A DNA stretch of 35,064 nt from Octopus bimaculoides. Its lineage: Eukaryota. The stretch spans positions 133,032,721-133,067,784 of the forward strand of contig NC_068982.1 of assembly GCF_001194135.2 (NCBI RefSeq), given 5' to 3'. Both the position numbers and the translations under genes were made by a program. The notes beneath the pieces are model-generated. The model was not told the DNA's origin, did not search any database, and saw nothing but the letters and a program-made list of their open reading frames with translations. Below, piece by piece: positions 18,143 to 27,927 of the stretch (position 1 is its first letter; every line of letters starts with the position of its first letter).

Positions 18143-21060
18143 TGCCTTGTCTTGTAACAGCATTCACCTGGGAGGGGTTAAGCCAGCACCGATGCTGCAG
18201 CATTTTGAAGTCATTTCCAGTTCCACCGACAAACATCAAAGACTCAAGGACCAGAAACGAGTTCCATATCTGCTTTGACTATTGTGAGCCATGTCTTCAG
18301 CTGACCACTTCTCCACTTACGCCAATCCAGGGGTGGATATGGTACTATTGGCCTCCAGATAAGTTCATTGTCAGAGTGCCACAATGTGTGACCAAACCAT
18401 TGTAGTCTCATTGTCAGAAGAGTTCCCTCAAGAGGTGAAAGACTGTAGTGAGCATAAAGTTGTCGGTTCAAAGCATAGTTTGAGATTCGCAGTCTGAGAA
18501 GACAATGAATACAGAAGTAATCGAAGACCTTCAGCTTATGGAGATCAGTAATATGCAGTGGCCAGGTCTCAAAACCATAGAGGAGAACTGTTCAGACAAG
18601 CACCTGGTAAATACAGCATTTCATCACAAGGCAAATCTCCTGATACAACCACATGCACTTATGGAGGTGGCAGAATGTCGACTGTGTGCAATTGATTCAA
18701 ATGTAGATCTCATCCTTCCCATAGCAAGTGGCTGTAAAGGGCAATCTGATATATTTGAACTTCTCCACCTCCTCCACAGCCTCTCCATTAAGATGAATAC
18801 ACAATATTCATACCTGAAGGAGGCAGGTATGTTGGCTGAGAGGATCATTGTTTGTTTTTGAGGCATTGCTCTTCATTCCAATTCTTGCAGCAGTGAGGTT
18901 TATCCTTTCAAGTGTGTGTTGGATGTTGGAATAGGACTCCCCAAGGATGGCAACATTGTCAGCAAAGTCAATGTCAGTGCCAGAGAAATCACATCCTACC
19001 CTGGCACCAGAGAGACCATCTAGACCTTGGTTGAGCATCCAATAGATGATGAAATTGAAAAGAGTGGGCATTTGAACAGAACCCTGTGAACACCCATTTG
19101 AATGGTGAAGAACTCAAACTCCTCAACACTGTACTCAATGGCTCCAACCATACGCCAAGTTACGGCTCCACTTGAAAGCCCTTAGAAAGGTCATATCTTC
19201 CATCAAAGTCGATATGAACAGACTTCAATGCCCTGAAGTGGCTACACTTCAGGGTATTTTCAGCTTGAGATAAGAAATAGATTCAATGGTCTCCCTATCC
19301 ATGACCCAGAGATGACAGTCACTGAGCACTGGCTCTCCTTCAAAAGCAATGTTCAAGAAGTTGCTGGAAATGAACTAAGTAATTGATGGTGCCAACAAAA
19401 GGACTGGATTTCCTAGTCCACCATCTCACTTATCAAGAAGATATCCAATTTACAAATTAGTAGAGGTCTGAGATATTGTGTGCTCAAACGACAGACTAAT
19501 CGCTCAGCTCACGTCAATTTTAATCAATACTGGTGCTTAGTTGCAACAGACACCATAAAGGCTGCAGTAGAGGGTGACATCCATAAGTTCTACCATTTTC
19601 TTAAAAAATTATTACTAGAGGCTGTAGTGGCTTAAGTGAAATGGTTTCAGATGAGCGAGGCAATGCCTAATCCAACTTAGTAGACAGTTCTTTGAAGAAT
19701 TATCAGGCTGAGTAAGAAGTAAGCAATGTTTTGAAACATGAAATTCATTACAATATATTTCAACAATGCATAAATTTTATTCATCAATGTAAGTACCATT
19801 ACAATCAACATATTTTTGCCAACGAGTTACAAGTTTGGGATGTATGAGTAGCAGTTCTTCATTCATTTTGGCAATTTCATGGCAATATGTTTCTGTAGTA
19901 ATGTTTTTTCTGGGTTTTAAGAAGTTATAGTGGATGAGTCCAGCAGTACACCACCAAACAGTCACCATAACCTTCTTTTTGAAGAGCTCAGATTTAAGGA
20001 AGGTTTTTGGTGCTTCATTTTGGTCCATCAACTGTGAAAAATGTGTTTTATTATTGTACAGAATCCACTTTCCATCGCAAGTTACAATACGGTCGAGAAA
20101 TGGATTGGTCTGGTTACAGAGAAGAAGTGATGAGCAAATTCCATATCTACGCATTTTCTGATTTTCATTCAAATCGTGTGGTACCCATTTGTTGAGCTTT
20201 TTTTGATTTTCCAATCGTATGCAAATGGTTGCAGGCAGTTTTCTAGCTAACTTGAAGTTCTTTTGCCAGTTCTCAAATGGTTTTACATGGATCTTTCTCA
20301 ACAACTGTCTTTAATTGACCATCATCAATGACAGATAGGTGTCCATTATGCTCACAATCTTCAAGGCTGAGGTCTCCACTGCGAAATCATTTAAACCATT
20401 TACAAGCTGACCACTTGCTGGTCATTTCCTCACCAAACATTTTGTTGATATCACAAGCAGTTTCAGCTGCTCAATGTCTTTTTTTGAAGTTGAGTAGCAG
20501 AATTGCTCAAATATTGCACTTTGACAGTTCCATTTCAGATGATTGTAACAAAGGTGAAACAATATCAATATTAATTTATTTATGTATTTGGGCAAGTCTA
20601 TGTCTGTATTATCAGACAGTTTCAAAAACAATGTTTTAAAAAAATTCAGAACTCTACAAAAATTCAGAACTCTACAAAAATTCAGTACAAATCCTTCATG
20701 GTTCAAAACATTACTTACAGCTTCCCAAGAGCATGAAATTGTTGATTCCTATGCTTGTATGTCAGAAAACTGAGGAATAACAAAGTGGCAGGTGAAGATG
20801 GCCTACCAGCAGAGCTCTTTAAGAGCTGTTCTAATACCATGGCATGATGGCTGCACAGGAATATCAGCTGCATCTGAGAATCCAAAGAAATCCCACAAGG
20901 AATGATATGATCCTTTTGCCATTCTACAAGAAAGGTGGCAGATATGTTTGCAGCAACTAACATGGCATAAGCCTTATTTATGTCACATCGAAGATCTTCA
21001 CATCTCTCCTTCTGAGATACTTTCAGGAGGTACGTGACAGAAGAACCCAGCCAAACCAAT
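18143..21060. mobile_element. RTE LINE with an inverted 5' part, interrupted by a mariner
   Basis: Minus strand 19136-18143 has GV..G...PTLFN, DIDFADNVA and LQWFGH, then the 3' tail. Plus strand 19137-19702 and 20719-21060 have GSNH (the SDH motif), NRFNGL, KDWIS, LRNNKVAGEDGLPAELFK and KKG...C.N..GISL, up to RTQPNQ. Confidence 0.85.
19701..20718 (-). mobile_element. Mariner transposon (Hsmar1-like), internally deleted
   Basis: TA plus TIR 19703-19742, with a partial reverse-complement TIR at 20695-20718. The transposase has WVPHDL, FLDRIVTCDGKW and KVMVTVWW, then jumps to RWQKYVDCNG. An 18-bp tandem repeat lies at 20640-20688. Confidence 0.92.
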
Positions 21061-21286
21061 GGAATTATATGTAAGCATCTATATTTACAAAAATCCTTCT
21101 CAGGCACAGAATAACAGAACATTAAAGTAGATTATACTTTACAACAGTCTAACCTCATTCATTAGGATATATCTCATTCTACTGTGTAGAGTTATCTGCT
21201 CAAACTCCGAATTCAGCAAAGCATCATATTGTTAAATATAGAAGACATTACCTTTGTTATCAATATTAAACTTAAAACATACTTAC

Positions 21287-21754
21287 CTCTGGTATGCTGA
21301 TTGTATCATTTGGCTTTTCAAAGTTTGGATTGTTGTTGTTAATGTCAGTAACATTAATACAAATAGATGTAGTTGAATTTAATGGTGGATTTCCTTGGTC
21401 TTTTGCAGTAACATTGAAACACTTGTATCCTATTTTATTTGTTAAATTTGAAGCAATACTCAGAGCACCTGTACCTGGATCCATTTTAAATAACACAGAT
21501 TCCATTCCTTGTATTGAGTACTGAACTTTACCGTTTTCTCCAATATCTTCATCATTGGCTGCAACAGTCAAGATAGTTCCTTTAGATACGCTTTCTTGTA
21601 CAGTTTCAAAATATTTATCAGACTTAAATACTGGAGCATTGTCATTAACATCAGTTACATTGATTAGGATTGTAGTTGTGTTTTCTTTCCATCCAGGTTT
21701 TTGAAAATCATTTACATAGTCATAGTTATCTTGAGCAGTAATAATAACAGTGTA
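21287..21754 (-). CDS. Cadherin exon (acceptor in the 62-N gap); multi-exon non-clustered cadherin, possibly cadherin-23/Cad87A-like
   Basis: 156 open codons: YTVIITAQDNY...NVTDVNDNAPVFKSDKY...AANDEDIGENGKVQY...TAKDQGNPPL...DINNNNPNFEKPNDTISIPE. The GTAAGT donor is phase 0 and joins STCPG. The subfamily guess is weak. Confidence 0.96.
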
Positions 21755-22299
21755 NNNNNNNNNNNNNNNNNNNNNNNNNNNNNNNNNNNNNNNNNNNNNN
21801 NNNNNNNNNNNNNNNNTTAATTAAGGAAATTTTGTATTCACAGAAATTTTCAAAACTATAGCTTATTTTGAAAAGAATTAGTAATGAAAACAAAAAGGCA
21901 TTGGAGGGGGCGATGCATATCCTGCATGCAGATGAATTTTTTCACAAATCATTTTCACAAGAACAGTAAAATATGAGTTGGCAAAAAAATTTGAAAGTTA
22001 TTTTAGAGCAGTTTGGAATTAAAATTTTTTTAAAATTACATAAAATGAAGATTCTTCTCTAATTTTTCACTGAAGAATCATGCATGTTCAAAAACAAAAA
22101 ACAAATTCTATTTCAATAGTTTTACAGTGAAATGCTAAAATACAAGTTGAATACAAGAAAATCAAAGGTTGTTTTGTAAAGTTCAACATACCGTTTGCAT
22201 ATGAGTAAAATTTGCATATGACTAAATAAATGATTATTCAAATAATAATAATGATTATGAAAAAGAAAGCGAACAAAACAAAATACTTATATAAAATAT

Positions 22300-23042
22300 G
22301 GTCAAACTCCAATGTTTGACCCGAGCAAAAAAAAAAAAATAGTGCAATAGGTGTAAAACAACACAGTAAAAAAAATGAAAAAAAAAATGCATGCTGGCAA
22401 ATGGGAGTGGGGGGAGACGACTTGGAAAATTCACATATGAATTTTCCAATTCCTCTCAACACTTCCCTATTCGTCAACAAAATTTGTTTCCTTCATATTC
22501 GTTTACTACACACTATTTTACACCTAGTACACTATTTTTGTTTTCATTTTTGTGACCAGGTATTAACAATGAGTTTTTGGATCCTGTGAGATTGATCGTG
22601 TGAATTTTCTGAGTCCTCCCCACCGCTCTCCTTTTGCCAGCACACATTTTTTTTTCATATTCATTTACATGTTGTTTTACACCTATTACACTATTTTTTT
22701 CATTTTTGTGACTGAGTGTCGAAGTGGGGTTACTGGATTGTGTGAGTTATCCAATTCCGCACCCGACCCACCCCCGTCACAAAAATTGAAAAAAAAAAAT
22801 AGTGTACTAGGTGTAAAATAATGTGTAGTAAATGAATATGAGGAAAAAGCTTTTGCTGACGAATGGGGAAGTGGTGAGAGGACTCGGAACATTCCTGATG
22901 TGAATTTTTCGAGTCCTCTCCCCCACCCCGTTCTCCAGTACGCATTTTTTTTTTTTCCATATTTGTTTACTACATGTTGTTTTACACCTATTGCACAATT
23001 TTTTTTTTTTTTTTTGCTCGTATCAAACACTGGAGTTTGACC
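22300..23042. mobile_element. Foldback-like element with about 260-bp internally palindromic TIRs
   Basis: 22300-22558 is the reverse complement of about 22776-23042. Five copies of an approximately 100-bp unit occur in orientations +,-,-,+,-. Confidence 0.8.
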
Positions 23043-23694
23043 GAAATGATTGCACAGAATTTGAGAAGTGTTTTGAATGTTTTTCAATGATGGCAGGTGA
23101 ATCAAGGATATGAATAACATGGCCACTTACTTATGAGGAAATTTGAAAGTTTAATTAAAAAAATTTTTTTTTTCTTTTTAATTATCACCTTATAGGTATT
23201 TTATACTCCAGTATATATCAAAAATATATCGTTGTTAGTCAAGGCTTGTTTTCTTTCAACCTATCTTTTTTCCATCAGTCACACACCCCACCATTGCTCA
23301 TCACTCACTACATTCATTTCAACCGCCCCATCTTTAACCATCGGTTACTCTCCCCTCAAACTCTTATGAGACTACCTACACTCTCATCCACAAAAAAACC
23401 ACTGTCCATATCCTCTCTTATCTTCACTTTGTACATTGAGAGTTTTCTCTGGCACCCCATATTACCATATTTATCTTCTCAGCTATTCCCACCCATTTTA
23501 TATATTATTGGGTAGCTACATATCTACTCTATAGCAAGACTGGTGCTTTTCCTTAATAAAGCTTCAACCTTTCAACACTTGGCATAAAGCCACCTCCCAC
23601 TCTCAAATACTCCCACCACTTAGTCATTGGGAATGGGGTTCCTTTATCCCTGATCTTTTTCTGTCTTGCAAGTTATTTGGCAACTTCCACTAGT

Positions 23695-23880
23695 TCCAGT
23701 GGCACAAAAAAAAGACAAAAAAGCACCCAGTGAACACTGTAAGTGATCAGCATTAGGAAGAGCAACCAGTCATAGAAACTGTGCCAAAGCTGGCATTGAA
23801 GCTTGGCTCAGCCCTGTGGCTTGCCAAATCCTGTCAAACTGTTTGACCCATGCATGGAAAACAGATGATGATGATGATGA
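23695..23880 (+). mobile_element. Solo RTE 3' tail
   Basis: Homologous to 9330-9514 and ends in (GAT)n. Confidence 0.75.
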
Positions 23881-23929
23881 ATTGTCATACACTAACATAA
23901 TAAAATTAAAAGAAGAAATGCTTTAACAA

Positions 23930-23985
23930 GTGTGGTTATGTGGTAAGAAACCAGTTTGCCAACCACATGGTTCCAGTTTGAGTGT
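23930..23985 (+). mobile_element. SINE family 2 head fragment
   Basis: GTGTGGTAAGAA...CCAACCACATGGTTCC matches 25672-25710. Confidence 0.55.
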
Positions 23986-24352
23986 ATATATATACATACA
24001 CACACACACATATATATAAACACACACACATAATATATATANNNNNNNNNNNNNNNNNNNNNNNNNNNNNNNNNNNNNNNNNNNNNNNNNNNNNNNNNNN
24101 NNNNNNNNNNNNNNNNNNNNNNNNNNNNNNNNNNNNNNNNNNNNNNNNNNNNNNNNNNNNNNNNNNNNNNNNNNNNNNNNNNNNNNNNNNNNNNNNNNNN
24201 NNNNNNNNNNNNNNNNNNNNNNNNNNNNNNNNNNNNNNNNNNNNNNNNNNNNNNNNNNNNNNNNNNNNNNNNNNNNNNNNNNNNNNNNNNNNNAACAGAA
24301 TGAGATAAAAATCCAAGGCTGTGAAAGATTTCAGAACATTTATAAATAGAAG

Positions 24353-24402
24353 GTCTTACAGCTGTTTCCAGGATATTTTATATATATCCCATCATTGGAG
24401 AC
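24353..24402 (-). ncRNA. Decayed minimal hammerhead motif (second family), on the cadherin sense strand
   Basis: Minus strand reads GUCU-CcaAUGA-U-GGGAUAU(AUAUAAA)AUAUCCU-g-GAAA-CAGCUG-UA/AGAC, with helix III as the palindrome ACAGCUGU. Confidence 0.6.
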
Positions 24403-24628
24403 GGTGTGAGAAAATGGTTAAGTAATAGTTATTCTAGATAAGATATAAAATAGAGAGTGAAGTGGAGGAATGAAAATAGACGTGAGATATGCAGGGATAT
24501 TGTATCTGCAGTTCCATTATTTAGACAGAATGGTATACATATAAGATTTCTGTACCTTGGGAGTAAGTTCCAATAGTACTTAAAATTGGTCATTCCAAGT
24601 ATAGGGTTTGTAAATGGTGTTATTGAAT

Positions 24629-25049
24629 CTCTTTACTCTTACTCTTTTACTTGTCTCAGTCATTTGACTGTGGCCATACTGGAGCACCGCTTTTAGTCGA
24701 GCAAATCGACCCCAGGACTTATTCTTTGTAAGCCTAGTACTTATTCTATAAGTCTCTTTTGCCAAACCGCTAAGTTACAGGGATGTAAACACACCAGCAT
24801 TAGTTGTCAATTAGATGTTGGGGGGGAAAAAACACAGACACATAAACACATACACACACATATATATACATATACATATATACGACAGGCTTCTTTCAGG
24901 TTCCGTCTACCAAATTCACTCACAAGGCTTTGGTCGGCTCAAGGCTATAGTAGAAGACACTTGCCCAAGGTGCCATGCAGTTGAACTGAACCTGGAACCA
25001 TGTGGTTGGTAAGCAAGCTACTTACCACACAGCCACTCCTGCGCCTATA
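24629..25049 (-). mobile_element. SINE family 2, full length (CORE-like)
   Basis: tRNA-like head with B-box GGTTCAGTTC, then CCTTGGGCAAGT (start of the MIR/CORE domain), an internal TA/TG microsatellite and an (AAGAGTA)-type tail. Confidence 0.88.
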
Positions 25050-25129
25050 GCTACTTACCACACAGCCACTCCTTTTTTTGAAGTCAAGGGTTTTATATAT
25101 ATATAAAACCGGTTTCTTGTATATACATT

Positions 25130-25386
25130 AATATGTGTGTATGTATGTATGTATGTATATATCTATTTTTGTTTGTCCCCCACACCACTTCACAACTGGT
25201 GTTTGTGTGTTTACATCCCCATAACTTAGCAATATGGCAAAGAGACCAATAAAATAAGTACCAGGCTTAAAGAAAATAAGTCCTGAGGTTGAGTTGTTCA
25301 ACTAAAAAACCCTCAAGGTGGTGCCCCAGCATTGCCACAGTCAGAGGACTGACACAAGTAAAAGATAAAAGCTAAAAGATAAAGAC
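25130..25386 (+). mobile_element. SINE family 2, 3' half
   Basis: Matches 25850-26070 and has an (AAAAGAT) tail. Confidence 0.8.
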
Positions 25387-25603
25387 GCATCTGAAGAATT
25401 ATTTATGCCTATCATTGTCAAATTATACATCGAAAACCAAAAAATATTTACCTAACAGTATGCAATGGAAGCATGCCTGCAATTGTTTTTAAATGAAACA
25501 ATTTCTTTTTCCTATTCTTGAAACATGCATTTAATGTAAATAATTAACAGACCATTTAGACACGGTTCTGATTTTAAAATAAACTGAATTGTTTATCAGT
25601 TTA

Positions 25604-26238
25604 TTAACCCTTTCCTTACTGTATTTATTTTGAGATGCTCTATGTTTCTTTCAATTAATTTTAAAAACGGTTGTGTGGTAAGTAGCTTGCTTACCAACCA
25701 CATGGTTCCGGGTTCAGTCCCACTGCACGGCACCTTGGGCAAGTGTCTTCTACTATAGCCTTGGGTCGACCAAAGCCTTGTGAGTGGATTTGGTAGACGG
25801 AAACTGAAAGAAGCCTGTCATATGTATGTATATATATATGTGTGTATGTGTGTGTATATGTTTGTGTGTCTTTGTTTGTCCCTCCAACACCACTTGACAA
25901 CTGATGCTGGTGTGTTTACGTACCCGTAACTTAGTAGTTCAGCAAAACAGACCGATATAATAAGTACTAGGCTTACAAAGAATAAGTCCTGGGGTCGATT
26001 TGCTCGACTAAAGACGGTGCTCCAGCATGGCCACAGTCAAATGACTGAAACAAGTAAAAGAGTAAAAGAGTATAACAAAGAATTTATTAAAATAACTTAG
26101 TTATCATTAAGCTAGTGTTAGGAACATAAATTGTGACTAAGGTTTGGTAGAAGATTTTAATTCAGAACTTTTGAAAACAAGACATTTGTACTACAGAGCC
26201 AGAAGTGGTTTCGACCAGGTTGGTATTGAAAGGGTTAA
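25604..26238. mobile_element. TTAA MITE copy 2, split by a SINE
   Basis: 25608-25665 plus 26071-26234 gives 222 bp, the reverse complement of 2351-2571, with TTAA on both sides. Confidence 0.85.
25666..26070 (+). mobile_element. SINE family 2, near full length
   Basis: Inverted homologue of 24629-25049 and contains CCTTGGGCAAGT. Confidence 0.88.
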
Positions 26239-27231
26239 ATTGATTGCTCTGCTGATTTTAAATTTTTGATTCCATTTTAAAAGGAATAATTTTTATACCA
26301 TTAAAAACTTTTTCATATTTGTTGAAAATGGAAAACTTAATCTCTCTGTTTCCACAGATATACTGTGAATTGAATACACTCTTTTACTCTTGTACTCATT
26401 TCAGTCATTTGACTGCAGCCATGCTGGAAGCAGTTCTATTTAAATATCACTTCAAGCTTTTATAATATAGCTATCCAAGAATACAAATGTATTTATTTCA
26501 CTTTATTATTAAAAATAATATTAAAAAAATGAACATCTGTAAAGAGATTATAAAATTAAATGTAGACCGGCTCTATAGAAAGTTCAGGCACTCCCAAGCT
26601 AGTATATAACACAACTGCACAAAATTCCAGATTAGTCAGGTATTTTTTTGTTCTCTTTCTACATTGTGTGTGTGTGTGGAGGGGGGGTTATCTTTTTAGG
26701 CCTTCCAAGTTTGTTGAATTTGATACAGTTTATGTTTAGCGTAATGAATTGTAAATTGAAAAGAGCGGACATTTGTGAGGCAAGATACACCAAAGTGATA
26801 AGTTCAGAGCCTGGTGAAGTGGAGGAGAATATAAGGGATGATGGGTAAAGGAGAGAAAATGGACTTCGATAGAAATGGTATGCAGATAGTTACTTCTAGC
26901 TACTTCAGAGGAGCAGAAGCCATTATAGAAGCAATATAATAGTCAGAGAAAGAAGACAGTATGTCTAACATCAGAGGTAGTAGCATATTGGTAAATGATT
27001 CATCAACCAGTTAACAATCACTGACATGTGATCTGAGACATTTATGTGTGTAATAGTAGTACTGTCCTAGGTAATAGAGCAGTACTNNNNNNNNNNNNNN
27101 NNNNNNNNNNNNNNNNNNNNNNNNNNNNNNNNNNNNNNNNNNNNNNNNNNNNNNNNNNNNNNNNNNNNNNNNNNNNNNNNNNNNNNAAAGCACGTTATAA
27201 AAATAAAACTACTGAACAATAATAATAATAA

Positions 27232-27830
27232 CAATTATCAGCCAAAGTACGCCACTAGCCCAGAAGGAATATAAGAAACGCTACAACAATATAGCCAGAC
27301 TTGTCCATTGGACACTTTGCAACAAGTATGAACTTGACAAAGCAAAAAATTGGTACTACCACAAACCTGAAGGCATTGTCGAAAATAGAAGTGCAAAGAT
27401 CTTATGGGATTTTATGATACAGTGCGACCATGAGATTGAGAATAGGAAGCCGGACATAGTCTTATTTGAGAAAGAAAACAAACTATGCTGGACCATAGAC
27501 ATAGCTTGCCCAGCTGACAATAAGGTATGTGATAAGGACGAAAGAAAAGTCGAGAGATATGACAGGTTAGCTTGGGAAGTTAATCAGTTGTGGTCGATGG
27601 AAAAGGTAGCAGTAGTACTGATAATTGTCGGAGCCCTGGGAACAGTGAGCAAAAATTTCGTGAAGTACATGGAACAAATAGGGGCTGCAATAAGGGTGGA
27701 GCACTTGCAGAAAACAGCACTGCTTGGAACCGCTCAAAAAATAAGAGGTGTTACCTTAGTTCACTGGTAGTGAACAGCTAACACTGTAGTACATCTCCAG
27801 CATTAGAAGCTGTGCAAAGGCAACAACAAC
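27232..27830 (+). mobile_element. R4/Dong-type 3' fragment (RLE + 3' UTR), copy B
   Basis: RKPDIVLF...DIACP...GALG...VEHLQKTALLGTA. It is nearly collinear with 33795-34375 and has (AAT)n on both sides. Confidence 0.88.
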
Positions 27831-27839
27831 AACAATAAC

Positions 27840-27910
<71 letters not shown>

Positions 27911-27927
27911 TGATGATGATGATGATA
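27823..27927. repeat. Compound (CAA)/(AAT)n/(GAT)n microsatellite
   Basis: Directly visible. Confidence 0.95.

Noticed and set aside
23240-23640. C-rich block, possible LINE RT remnant
   Set aside because: No convincing motif in any frame; left unassigned.
25016-25073. 25-bp direct repeat AGCTACTTACCACACAGCCACTCCT as a regulatory motif
   Set aside because: It is a local duplication of the SINE head at its 5' junction.
26640-27086. Purine-rich segment as a possible exon or TE
   Set aside because: It has stops in the frames read, no cadherin or TE motif and no convincing splice pair.
1070-27193. ORF-track entries made mostly of X (e.g. 1070-1390, 3609-4605, 6155-6664, 17847-18278, 23936-24316, 27011-27193)
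   Set aside because: They are open only because they run through N gaps.
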